The notes beneath the pieces are model-generated. The model worked only from the letters and a program-made list of their open reading frames with translations, was not told where the DNA came from and ran no database searches. A program made the translations under genes and the position numbers. Shown piece after piece: positions 8,859 to 18,024 of a stretch of DNA of 64,000 bases. Every line of letters starts with the position of its first letter. Position 1 is the stretch's first letter. Source of the DNA: Clostridia bacterium (GTDB lineage: Bacteria; Bacillota; Clostridia; Oscillospirales; CAG-272). The stretch lies in contig JAGBSP010000020.1 of assembly GCA_017631855.1 (NCBI GenBank), positions 7,754 through 71,753 on the forward strand, written 5' to 3'.

Positions 8859-10403
8859 ATGAAAAAAAGATTTCAAAAGCTGACGTCTATGGCGTTGGTG
8901 CTGGTGATGCTTGTTACAATGATTCCTGCGGGAATCTTTACGGCGAATGCGGCAGAAGATGGTGATGTAGTGACAATTATGAGCAGAACCCAATGGGACG
9001 CTCTTGATAAGACCCAAACCTTTGAGGGCAAAACGGTAAAGCTGGGCGCACACATCAGCGGAATTACCACGCCGCTTGTTAACGACTTTAAAGGTACCTT
9101 CGACGGAGCTAACTACACGATTTCTGATTCGAACGTTGCGGGCGCAGGCGTGATCGCAGACACGATTAGCGGCGACGCAACCGTTCAGAACGTAAAGCTT
9201 TCGAACGTCAGTGTGGAAAATGCTAACGGTCATGCGGGACTTGTTGCAGGAACAGTATCTGCTACGGACGCTTGGTTGTATTTTTTTAGAATTAGTGCTA
9301 CCGGTTGTACGGTCACGGGAACGGGTCTCATCGGCGGTTTGTTTGGATATGTGAACGTAACGACATCAATGGGCGAAAGTACCATCGATATTTCCAATGT
9401 TTACATTCAGGCAACGGTCACGGCAACTGTTGAAAAAATGGCTGCCGGCGGTTTGATCGGAAGCGATGCTTCGCAAGGTATCAGTGCCACGAAGACGGTA
9501 ACGATGAATATTTCGGATACGGTCGTTTACGGTAACGTGACTTCCAAAAGTAACTCGTGTGGCTTGATCGGTGAGTATGCCGGTGGAAATATTGCTAATA
9601 ACAATGACAATGGCGAGTATGGAAAGGCAACTCATACTGCGTATTTAAACCTTACTAATGTTGGCGTGAGCGGCGGTTCACAATTCAAGGTGATGCACAT
9701 GGCAGGCGGTGCTGTGGCCATCTCGAATCTGTATCTGCTGGATACCAACGGAAATTTGTTTGGCGCGGCTAACTATCGTGCGTGGATTAATGAAGTGAAT
9801 ATGAATGCCATGGGTCGTAACTCCGTTACGGCGGACAAAATGGCGGCGGCCGGCGTCGAAACTCCCGTAAAGATCACGAACATTGAAAAACTTCCCGTGA
9901 TGGAGGGTGGTTTTGTCAAGTACGTTCCCGAGAAGATTCAGGTCGTAGGCGTTCAGCGCAGTGTCGCGGTTGATGACACCTACGCGCTCCGTTTCATCGC
10001 TCCGATTTATCTGACCGACGTTTACGATGTAGAAATGACGATTGAAGCGAAGTATGTGGTTGACGGAGTTGAGGAAACCCGTACCTTTACTTCGATTGCG
10101 GCAATGTACGATTCATTGACTGCCTATAGCAAGTACGATATCACCGATAAGAAGATTGTTTATGCTTCGGATTTCGGTGCTCACAAGCTGGCAGGATTTA
10201 CGATCTACAACATTCCCGTCGGTTTTGAGGTTACTTATATCGCAACGATGACGTATACCTTTAACGGTCAGCAAATCACGTCAAAATCTGCACCTATTAA
10301 GTTTACTGCAACAGGAGATCCTGTGGTTGATACGAAATTGCCGCCGCTTCCCACGGTCGGCTCTGTGATGGGTTGGAATGACGTGCCGGAAGTAAACGCG
10401 TAA
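8859..10403 (+). CDS. Secreted surface protein 2: signal peptide, one GLUG/beta-helix-like module, shared C-terminal domain, Pro-rich linker and VGSVMGWND tail
   Basis: Paralogous to 4924-8484 in signal peptide, module and C-terminal domain (YALRFIAP, KLAGFTIY.IPVG). Confidence 0.8.
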   Translation: MKKRFQKLTSMALVLVMLVTMIPAGIFTANAAEDGDVVTIMSRTQWDALDKTQTFEGKTVKLGAHISGITTPLVNDFKGTFDGANYTISDSNVAGAGVIADTISGDATVQNVKLSNVSVENANGHAGLVAGTVSATDAWLYFFRISATGCTVTGTGLIGGLFGYVNVTTSMGESTIDISNVYIQATVTATVEKMAAGGLIGSDASQGISATKTVTMNISDTVVYGNVTSKSNSCGLIGEYAGGNIANNNDNGEYGKATHTAYLNLTNVGVSGGSQFKVMHMAGGAVAISNLYLLDTNGNLFGAANYRAWINEVNMNAMGRNSVTADKMAAAGVETPVKITNIEKLPVMEGGFVKYVPEKIQVVGVQRSVAVDDTYALRFIAPIYLTDVYDVEMTIEAKYVVDGVEETRTFTSIAAMYDSLTAYSKYDITDKKIVYASDFGAHKLAGFTIYNIPVGFEVTYIATMTYTFNGQQITSKSAPIKFTATGDPVVDTKLPPLPTVGSVMGWNDVPEVNA

Positions 10404-10434
10404 TCTTCCGTACAACAATCTAAAAACAAAAAAT

Positions 10435-10470
10435 ACAGCGATCTGTTTCGGCAGATCGCTGTTCTTTTTT
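10435..10470 (+). terminator. Intrinsic terminator, paralogous to 8659-8686
   Basis: ACAGCGATCTGT-TTCG-GCAGATCGCTGT plus T-run; a compensatory base change relative to copy 1. Confidence 0.8.
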
Positions 10471-10547
10471 CGTTTTGGAATAATCACCAAAATAGGCAGG
10501 GCGTTTTGATGAAAAGCACCAAAAATGAAAATATTCCTCTCTTTTTA

Positions 10548-10576
10548 TTGACAAAAATGATGGAATTTGATATAAT
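10548..10576 (+). promoter_or_regulatory. Consensus sigma-A promoter of surface protein 3
   Basis: TTGACA-17 bp-TATAAT with extended TG. Confidence 0.85.
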
Positions 10577-10636
10577 TTATGATGATATAAAATGTGATTT
10601 TATACATTGTTGTAAAACAAGAAAGGAAGATTTTGT

Positions 10637-13360
10637 ATGAAGAAAAGATTTCAAAAACTGACTTCGTTTGCTCTTGTACTGGTGATGCTTGTGACGATGC
10701 TCCCGATGGGTGTTCTCACTGCAACGGCAGAGGGAGAGGTCAGTGCTGAACTTGCGGCAGGCTTGGCAGCAGGCTCCCAAAATCTTGTGATTAAGAGTGT
10801 GGCTGATTGGAAGGCAGTAAGTGCTGCAACGTCCACTTATACGAGCAAGAGCGGTGCAAGCTTTAGTGGAACCACCATTACTCTTGGTGCAGATATTGAT
10901 GCCAACGGTGAAGCCCTCCCTCCCTTGAGCACTGGTGCTTTCTACGGTGTTCTTGACGGTCAGGGATACACCGTGAAAAATGCAACCGTAACAGGTTCAG
11001 GCAATACCGGTCTTATCGCAGGCGCTCTCGGCGGCGGTAAGGTCACCAACGTCAACTTTGATAACATTACCCTTACTACCTCGGCAGGCCACCTTGGCTT
11101 GATTGCAGGTCACAACTCGATTTGGGCTGAAGTTGAGATTTCTAAGATCAATGCTACCAACATTACCGTGACCAACACGGGCACGGGCAATACGGGTGGT
11201 ATCATCGGTAACCACGCAAACAACGGTTATACGCAGGTTGTTACGCAGATCAACTTCCAGGGCACGGTTCGCGACGACAATACGGCTGCCGGATGTAACG
11301 TCGGTGGTATCGTCGGTGCGGCTTCGATCGGCGGTGTAACCAAGTGGTCGAAGATTAGTTTGGATGCAACCGTTGGAGCAGACCAAACCGGAACTACCGA
11401 CTGGGTCGGTGGCTTTGCAGGTCTCTACGGTATGAACGCAGGGAAACTTCTTGAGGTTTCCGACGTTTATCTCAGCGGTGCGATTGACGGTAACAGCGTA
11501 TCCACGCCTCAGAATGCCGGATTTATCGCAAAGGTAACCGGTCAGGCAGGCGCAAATATGTCGGTGATCGACGGTGTCCTGATCGATATGGACTTCTCGA
11601 AGGCGTTTGGTAACTCGATTATCTTTGCAGCTATCCAGAACGGTAACCTCGTTTATACGAATGCGTTTACCACGATGCAGTCCAATAACGGTACATGGTC
11701 GAGCTCGACGGTTCGTTGGACGAATATGTCCTACAACGGAAATTCGTTCTTCAACGGTGTCGCTAACCCTTGGGCAGGCGCAGACCCCACCCGTGACTCC
11801 TTGACGCGCGTTAACGCTACGGAGATTGATGATGTGGTTACAAGAGACAGCGACGGATTTATCGCGGACGTTGCCGCACCCGAAAACCTCGGAGATCCCA
11901 AGACGATTGTGATCAATTCGATCGAGGATTGGAAGACGGTTTCCGAGATGAACGATCTGTTTGAGGGAATGACCGTGAAGCTCGGCGCGGATATCGACGC
12001 CGCAGGCGCAACGCTTCCTCAGCTTTTCAAGGCGGGTAACGTTCGTTGCACGTTTGACGGTCAAGGTTATACGATCAAGAACGTCGGTACGGCAGCCGCT
12101 CCCAACACGGTAGCATTGCTTTCTTCGAAGTCGAATCTCAATATCCAGAACGTAACGGTGGAGAACTGTCACGTTTCGGGTTCGGGCGATAAGGCCGTTC
12201 TTGTGGATTGGCAGAACTGCTGGTCAAAATATACCTTTAAGAACATCAAGGTGTTTGACAGTACCGTTGTTTCGTCCGATAAGGCGGCAGGTATTATCAT
12301 CGGTCAGGTTTCGGGCAATGCAGGAAACTATGGCGTTGATTTTGAAAACATTTTGATCAGTGGTTGCTCGGCAACGGGTAAGTCCAACGGTGGTGGATGG
12401 TCTTCCACGGGTGTTGGCTCTCTCGCGGGTTACTGCGTATTCAATAGCGGCGACTATGGCGCATCGGCAAAGAACATCGAGGTTCTGAAAACAACGCTGA
12501 CCGATAACGCAGAGGCTTCTTGCGTAGGTGGTCTCTTCGGATATTTCAGACATCACGGAGGAACTAGCCTTACGATCGAGAACGTTTACGTCAACGCAAC
12601 GTTTAAGACTCCCAAGTCGTCGGGTTGGACGGGCGTTGCCGCAGGTTTGTTCCAGACGGCGAATTCCAATACCGGTAACGTCAATACGATCAAGAATTGT
12701 ATCACAAACAACCAGTATCCCGGAATCGTTCAGTTCCCCACGCTGTTCTACGCTCCTCAGGCGACCTTCGTTTGGGAAAATCTGTACTCGGTTCAGGCGC
12801 ACAATCCTCTCAAGGCGGGTTGGTTGATTAACGGCAATAACGTCGTAAACGGCGTGGAAGGCGTTGTTTCGAACTACAACGGTATTCCCGCAGAGCAGAT
12901 TTCGATTGCTTCCATTCGCAGTATGATTGTCCGTGACGAGGACGGATTTATCTCGAAGATCAAATCGGTCGTTGAGCCTTACGGTTACCATTGCAGCGAG
13001 GTGAAGGACGGAAAATTTGCTGTTCGATTCCTCGGAACCGCTTCGCTGATCGAAGAGCGCGTTGTTTACGTGAATGTCAAAGCGACGACCGAAAGCGGTG
13101 TGGTCAGAACCTTCCGCGTACAATCGCCTCTCTTTGAGCGCGTCACTCCCTTTGATAAGCACAGCATCGACGATGAGTTGATTGCAAAAACGATCGGTAC
13201 GGAAAAACTGATTTGCGTTACTGTATACGATATTCCCGTGGGTGAGGCAATCGAATTTGAAATTTGGATGTCGATGGAAGCCTCCGGAGGACTTGAAATC
13301 AATAGTACGGAAACGATGACGTTTCGGTTTGACGCCAACGGTGCTCCTATCGTAGAATAA
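10637..13360 (+). CDS. Secreted surface protein 3: signal peptide, two GLUG/beta-helix-like modules, diverged C-terminal domain
   Basis: MKKRFQKLTSFALVLVMLVTM signal peptide; two I.S..DWK.VS...LGADIDA...DGQGYT.KN modules; C-terminal FAVRFLG...TVYDIPVG. Confidence 0.8.
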   Translation: MKKRFQKLTSFALVLVMLVTMLPMGVLTATAEGEVSAELAAGLAAGSQNLVIKSVADWKAVSAATSTYTSKSGASFSGTTITLGADIDANGEALPPLSTGAFYGVLDGQGYTVKNATVTGSGNTGLIAGALGGGKVTNVNFDNITLTTSAGHLGLIAGHNSIWAEVEISKINATNITVTNTGTGNTGGIIGNHANNGYTQVVTQINFQGTVRDDNTAAGCNVGGIVGAASIGGVTKWSKISLDATVGADQTGTTDWVGGFAGLYGMNAGKLLEVSDVYLSGAIDGNSVSTPQNAGFIAKVTGQAGANMSVIDGVLIDMDFSKAFGNSIIFAAIQNGNLVYTNAFTTMQSNNGTWSSSTVRWTNMSYNGNSFFNGVANPWAGADPTRDSLTRVNATEIDDVVTRDSDGFIADVAAPENLGDPKTIVINSIEDWKTVSEMNDLFEGMTVKLGADIDAAGATLPQLFKAGNVRCTFDGQGYTIKNVGTAAAPNTVALLSSKSNLNIQNVTVENCHVSGSGDKAVLVDWQNCWSKYTFKNIKVFDSTVVSSDKAAGIIIGQVSGNAGNYGVDFENILISGCSATGKSNGGGWSSTGVGSLAGYCVFNSGDYGASAKNIEVLKTTLTDNAEASCVGGLFGYFRHHGGTSLTIENVYVNATFKTPKSSGWTGVAAGLFQTANSNTGNVNTIKNCITNNQYPGIVQFPTLFYAPQATFVWENLYSVQAHNPLKAGWLINGNNVVNGVEGVVSNYNGIPAEQISIASIRSMIVRDEDGFISKIKSVVEPYGYHCSEVKDGKFAVRFLGTASLIEERVVYVNVKATTESGVVRTFRVQSPLFERVTPFDKHSIDDELIAKTIGTEKLICVTVYDIPVGEAIEFEIWMSMEASGGLEINSTETMTFRFDANGAPIVE

Positions 13361-13371
13361 TCAATATTTAT

Positions 13372-13407
13372 CTCCCACGCAAGTGATTGCTTGCGTGGGA
13401 GCTTTTT
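13372..13407 (+). terminator. Intrinsic terminator
   Basis: CTCCCACGCAAG...CTTGCGTGGGAG followed by CTTTTT. Confidence 0.8.
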
Positions 13408-13520
13408 GATTTTCATGATTTTTTCAGCAAGAAAACACAAATCGATCGCAATTTTGTGTTAAAATAGACTCAAAAGAGCCTCGACAAGGGTCGATATAAA
13501 GCGATTTTTTGAATAATCTA

Positions 13521-13549
13521 TTGACAATATTGAAACAATGTGGTACAAT
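13521..13549 (+). promoter_or_regulatory. Sigma-A promoter of the rfbF operon
   Basis: TTGACA-17 bp-TACAAT with extended TG. Confidence 0.75.
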
Positions 13550-13638
13550 AATAACAACGAAATGAACGTCATTTTTGGATGGCGTGTGTTTCTGAACAGA
13601 CTGAAAGAAAAAAGGAAAAAAGAAAGGATATTTCAACG

Positions 13639-14427
13639 ATGAAGGCAGTCATTTTAGCAGGAGGCTTTGGAACAAGATTTTCCGAAGAGTCGCATCTGAA
13701 ACCGAAACCTATGATTGAAATTGGCGGTATGCCCATTCTTTGGCACATTATGAAGAACTATTCTGCTTACGGCATCAATGAGTTTATCATTTGTTGTGGC
13801 TACAAACAGCAGTATATCAAGGATTTCTTCAACAACTATTTTCTTCACGCCTCGGACGTAACTTTTGACTTTACCAATAACACTAACCGTATGAAGGTGC
13901 ATAAAACCTATACCGAGCAGTGGAAGATCACGGTCGCAGACACGGGTCTGAACACGATGACGGGCGGAAGACTTAAGAGAATCAGCAAGTATCTCGATCC
14001 CAACGAGCCTTTCCTGATGACCTACGGCGACGGTGTGTCGGACGTAGATATCGCGGCTCTGATCGATTTCCATAAGAGCCACGGCAAGCTGGCAACCCTG
14101 ACGGTTGTTAACGCAGGTCAGCGCTTTGGCGTGATTAAGATGAACAAGGACGACAAGCAGATCACCTCGTTCCGTGAGAAGAAGGATTCCGACGGAAATC
14201 CGATCAACGGCGGATTTATGGTTCTTGATCCCAAGGTCATTGACTATATTGAGGGTGATGAAACCGTCTTTGAGAAGAAGCCTCTGGAAAATCTGGCAAA
14301 GGATCAGCAGCTGATGGGCTTCCATCACGATGGATTCTGGCAGTGCATGGATGCCAAGAGAGACTGGGAGATCCTTGAGAAGCTTTGGAATACCGGCGAA
14401 GCTCCTTGGAAGAATTGGGAAGACTAA
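13639..14427 (+). CDS. rfbF: Glucose-1-phosphate cytidylyltransferase
   Basis: MKAVILAGGFGTR.SEE...KPKPMIEIGG, TMTGGRLKR, TYGDGV, GFWQCMD. Confidence 0.95.
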   Translation: MKAVILAGGFGTRFSEESHLKPKPMIEIGGMPILWHIMKNYSAYGINEFIICCGYKQQYIKDFFNNYFLHASDVTFDFTNNTNRMKVHKTYTEQWKITVADTGLNTMTGGRLKRISKYLDPNEPFLMTYGDGVSDVDIAALIDFHKSHGKLATLTVVNAGQRFGVIKMNKDDKQITSFREKKDSDGNPINGGFMVLDPKVIDYIEGDETVFEKKPLENLAKDQQLMGFHHDGFWQCMDAKRDWEILEKLWNTGEAPWKNWED

Positions 14428-15497
14428 TGCTGAATTTGGAATTTTATAAAGGAAAAAGAGTACTTGTCACGGGACATACGGGCTTTAAGGGCTCGTGGAT
14501 GTGTCAGGTACTGAAGAATGCGGGCGCTGTCGTTACGGGATATTCCCAGACGCCGCCCACCACACCCGCGCTCTTTGATCTGGCAGGTGTTGCTGACGGA
14601 ATGACCTCGGTCATCGGGGACATCCGCGACTTTGACGCGCTGAAGAAGTGCTTTGACGAGGCACAGCCCGAGATCGTTCTGCATCTTGCGGCACAGCCGA
14701 TCGTCCGCGATAGCTATAAGGATCCTCGCTATACTTATGAAACCAACGTGATGGGTACGGTGAATATCCTTGAGTGCGTTCGTCTGTCGAGCAGCGTACG
14801 TTCCTTCCTGAACGTCACGACCGACAAGGTGTATCGCAATAACGAATGGGAATGGGGTTACCGTGAAAACGAGCCGCTCGACGGCTTCGATCCTTATTCC
14901 AACAGTAAATCCTGCTCCGAGCTTGTTACGCACAGCTATAAGGATTCCTTCTTTGCCGACGGCAAGGTTGCAATTTCGACGGCACGTGCGGGTAACGTCA
15001 TCGGCGGCGGAGATTTTGCCAACGACCGTATCATTCCCGACTGTATCCGCGCCGCCTTTGACGGCAGAGACATCATCGTGCGCAACCCGCACTCCACGCG
15101 GCCTTATCAGCACGTGTTGGAACCCGTGATGGCATATCTGATGATCGCGCAAAAACAGTACGAGGATGGCGCATTCGCAGGCTACTACAACGTAGGTCCC
15201 GACGAGTGTGACTGCTTCCGTACGGGAGCGCTGGTCGATCTGTTCTGCCGCACTTGGGGCGACGGAATGAAGTGGATCAACCGCTATGACGGTGGTCCTC
15301 ACGAGGCAAACTTCCTCAAGCTCGATTGCTCGAAGCTCAAGACCGTGTTCGAGTGGAAGCCCGTATGGAATCTGGGCAGCGCCGTCGAGTGTACGGTAGA
15401 GTGGTCGAAGTGTATGCACGCAGGCGAGGACGTCGCCGCTTGTATGGATCGACAGATCGCACGCTTTGTTTCCGAGAGTGCTTGGATCGAACAATAA
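14427..15497 (+). CDS. rfbG: CDP-glucose 4,6-dehydratase
   Basis: VTGHTGFKGSW, HLAAQP, TTDKVY, YSNSK, RAGNVIGGGD; TAATG overlap with rfbF. Confidence 0.95.
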   Translation: MLNLEFYKGKRVLVTGHTGFKGSWMCQVLKNAGAVVTGYSQTPPTTPALFDLAGVADGMTSVIGDIRDFDALKKCFDEAQPEIVLHLAAQPIVRDSYKDPRYTYETNVMGTVNILECVRLSSSVRSFLNVTTDKVYRNNEWEWGYRENEPLDGFDPYSNSKSCSELVTHSYKDSFFADGKVAISTARAGNVIGGGDFANDRIIPDCIRAAFDGRDIIVRNPHSTRPYQHVLEPVMAYLMIAQKQYEDGAFAGYYNVGPDECDCFRTGALVDLFCRTWGDGMKWINRYDGGPHEANFLKLDCSKLKTVFEWKPVWNLGSAVECTVEWSKCMHAGEDVAACMDRQIARFVSESAWIEQ

Positions 15498-15574
15498 AAC
15501 ATCAAAATCAGCGCCGGGTGTCCTGTCGCTGATTTTGTCTGTCAGCATATTTTTGAAAGAAATAGGGGAAGCAG

Positions 15575-16510
15575 ATGGAATACAAAATTCAAAAAGCAGT
15601 CATTACAGGTGCAACGGGTGCCATCGGTATGGCGCTTGTCAACGAGATGATTTCCCGCGGCATCGAGGTAACGGTGTTCGTTCGCGGCGATTCTGCCAGA
15701 GGCGACCGCATTCCCACGTCTCCGCTGGTCAAGAGAGTCGAGTGCTCGCTCGATCAGATGGCGGACTTTGAAGCGCCGAAGGGAGAGAAATACGACGTCT
15801 TTTTCCACTTTGCGTGGGCGGGAACCACGGGCGACGCGCGCAACGATATGTTCCTGCAAAATAAAAACGTCAAATATACACTCGACGCGGTGGATCTTGC
15901 CGAGAGAATGGGATGCCATACCTTTATCGGTGCGGGATCGCAGGCAGAATACGGAAGAGTCGAGGGAAAGCTCTCGGCATCGACCCCCGCGTTTCCCGAA
16001 AACGGCTACGGAATGGCAAAGCTTTGCGCGGGTGAGATGAGCCGCGTGATGTGCGAAAAGAAGGGAATTCGCCATCTTTGGGCAAGAATTCTCAGCGTGT
16101 ACGGTCCATACGACGGTGCAAATTCGCTCGTGACGTCTACCATTCGCAAGCTCGTCGACGGTGAGAAACCTTCCTGCACGGCAGGCGAGCAGATCTGGGA
16201 CTATCTTTACAGCAAAGATGCCGCAAAGGCATTTGTTGCAATGGCGGAGCGCGGCGTCGACGGCAAGGTCTATTGCCTTGGCGGCGGTAAAACAAGAATG
16301 CTTCGTGAATATATTGAGGGAATTCGTGACGCGGTTGATCCTGACGCACCCTTGGGTCTGGGCGATCTTCCGTATCCCCCGAAGCAGGTCATGTACCTCT
16401 GCGCCGATATTTCCGAGCTTGTCGCAGATACGGGCTTTGAGCCGAAGACCGCCTTTGAGGACGGAATTCGAGAGACGGTTGCGTGGTATCGAAGCACCGT
16501 ATCAAAGTAA
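15575..16510 (+). CDS. NAD-dependent sugar epimerase/reductase (extended SDR)
   Basis: ITGATGAIG, GSQAEYG, YGMAK (YxxxK). Confidence 0.85.
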   Translation: MEYKIQKAVITGATGAIGMALVNEMISRGIEVTVFVRGDSARGDRIPTSPLVKRVECSLDQMADFEAPKGEKYDVFFHFAWAGTTGDARNDMFLQNKNVKYTLDAVDLAERMGCHTFIGAGSQAEYGRVEGKLSASTPAFPENGYGMAKLCAGEMSRVMCEKKGIRHLWARILSVYGPYDGANSLVTSTIRKLVDGEKPSCTAGEQIWDYLYSKDAAKAFVAMAERGVDGKVYCLGGGKTRMLREYIEGIRDAVDPDAPLGLGDLPYPPKQVMYLCADISELVADTGFEPKTAFEDGIRETVAWYRSTVSK

Positions 16511-16534
16511 GAAAGCAAATATAGGAGAAACGTT

Positions 16535-17461
16535 ATGAAAAAAGTCAGTATTATGGTTCCTTGTTATAACGAGGAAGAGAACGTTGTCCCGATGAGCGAA
16601 GCGCTCGTCGCGCAAATGGAACAGCTCCCGCAGTACGATTACGAGATCCTCTTCATCGACAACTGCTCGCAGGACAATACTCGCCCTCTGTTGCGTGAGA
16701 TTTGCGCAAAAAATCCCAAGATCAAGGCGATCTTCAACTCCAAGAATTTTGGACAGTTCAATTCGCCCTACCACGCAATTTGTCAGACGACGGGCGATTG
16801 CACCATCACGGTTTGCTGTGATTTCCAGGATCCCATTGATATGATCCCGAAATTCCTTGCCGAGTGGGAAAACGGACACAAGGTGGTTATCGGCATTAAG
16901 ACCTCGTCGAAGGAAAATAAGCTGATGTACTTCCTGCGCAGTATCTATTATAAGCTGATCCGCAAGCTCTCCCGTGTCGAGCAGATCGAGCATTTTACCG
17001 GCTTTGGTTTGTATGACAAGAGCTTTGTTGACGTAATGCGCAGTCTCGATGACTCTACCCCCTTCCTGCGCGGTATCGTTGCAGAGCTTGGACCGAATAT
17101 CAAGAAGATCGAATACGAGCAGGCACAGCGCAGAGCAGGAAAGACCAGCAATAATTTCTTTAGCCTTTACGATGCGGCAATGCTTTCGTTTACGTCCTAT
17201 ACTAAAATCGGCGCACGCCTTGCCGAGCTTCTCGGTGTCTTGATGTGTGTGGGAAGTGCCATCGCTGCAGTGGTTTGTCTGATTCTTCAGCTGACGATGC
17301 AGGTCTTTGAAACGGGTACACCCGCAATCCTTATGACGCTCGTATTTGTCGGCGGACTTCAACTCTTCTTTATCGGCTTTATTGGGGAATACGTGATGAC
17401 GATGAATACCCGCGCGATGAAGCGCCCCATCGTGGTTGAGGAAGAGCGCATCAATTTCTAA
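16535..17461 (+). CDS. GT2 polyprenyl-phosphate glycosyltransferase (GtrB/ArnC-like)
   Basis: VPCYNEEEN, IDNCSQD, NFGQ, DFQDP, two C-terminal TM helices, GFIGEY...KRP. Confidence 0.9.
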   Translation: MKKVSIMVPCYNEEENVVPMSEALVAQMEQLPQYDYEILFIDNCSQDNTRPLLREICAKNPKIKAIFNSKNFGQFNSPYHAICQTTGDCTITVCCDFQDPIDMIPKFLAEWENGHKVVIGIKTSSKENKLMYFLRSIYYKLIRKLSRVEQIEHFTGFGLYDKSFVDVMRSLDDSTPFLRGIVAELGPNIKKIEYEQAQRRAGKTSNNFFSLYDAAMLSFTSYTKIGARLAELLGVLMCVGSAIAAVVCLILQLTMQVFETGTPAILMTLVFVGGLQLFFIGFIGEYVMTMNTRAMKRPIVVEEERINF

Positions 17462-17464
17462 AAA

Positions 17465-17500
17465 AACACAAAAGGACTTCGAAGAAGTCCTTTTTGTTTT
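17465..17500 (+). terminator. Intrinsic terminator
   Basis: AAAAGGACTTC-GAA-GAAGTCCTTTT. Confidence 0.75.
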
Positions 17501-17509
17501 CGAAAAAAC

Positions 17510-17538
17510 TTGACTTTTTCATAAAGAAGATTTATAAT
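17510..17538 (+). promoter_or_regulatory. Sigma-A promoter of the nusB operon
   Basis: TTGACT-17 bp-TATAAT. Confidence 0.7.
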
Positions 17539-17610
17539 ATATATGATGGATGATTATACCCTGTATATTCTTCCCGGAAAAATGACGCGAAACGCATGAG
17601 AGGACGAACA

Positions 17611-18024
17611 ATGCTGAAAAGACGAGAAGCAAGAGAGATTTTGGTAGGACTTTTGTTTGAAAGTGAGTTCCGTACCGATGAAAACTATGTGGAAATTTAT
17701 GCAATTTCCGCGGAGGAGAGAATGATCCCCGAGGATGATTACGTCAAGAAGGCGTACTATGCGATCTTTGAACATAAGGACGAGATCGACGCTTGCATCG
17801 GAGAGCACGCGCACGGTTGGAAGACCAGCCGTATGACCAAGCTGTCGCGCTCGATTTTGCGTTTGGCAACCTATGAAATGCTCTTTGAGGAAGAAATTCC
17901 TTATAGCGTTTCGATCAACGAGGCGGTAGAGCTGACCAAAAAGTTTGACGACGAAAAGGCGCGCCCTTTCGTCAACGGAATTCTCAATTCGATTAAGACT
18001 AAGCTTGAGGCAGACGCACAATGA
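17611..18024 (+). CDS. nusB: Transcription antitermination factor NusB
   Basis: RREARE, ILRLATYE, INEAVEL.KKF, FVNGIL. Confidence 0.95.
   Translation: MLKRREAREILVGLLFESEFRTDENYVEIYAISAEERMIPEDDYVKKAYYAIFEHKDEIDACIGEHAHGWKTSRMTKLSRSILRLATYEMLFEEEIPYSVSINEAVELTKKFDDEKARPFVNGILNSIKTKLEADAQ

Larger units (their letters stand above)
8629..8930 (+). repeat. Duplicated terminator/promoter/signal-peptide block, copy 1 (copy 2 at ~10401-10710)
   Basis: Colinear similarity through TAATCTTC, the terminator, TTTGGAATAAT.ACCAAAA, TTTTGATGAAAA..ACCAAAAATGAAAAT, TTGACAAAAA, TGATATAAT, GAAAGGAAGA and ATGAA.AAAAGATTTCAAAA. Confidence 0.85.

Noticed and set aside
4924-13360. Diversity-generating retroelement or invertible locus acting on the surface proteins
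   Set aside because: No reverse transcriptase, no adenine-specific TR/VR pair, and no inverted cassettes or recombinase nearby.
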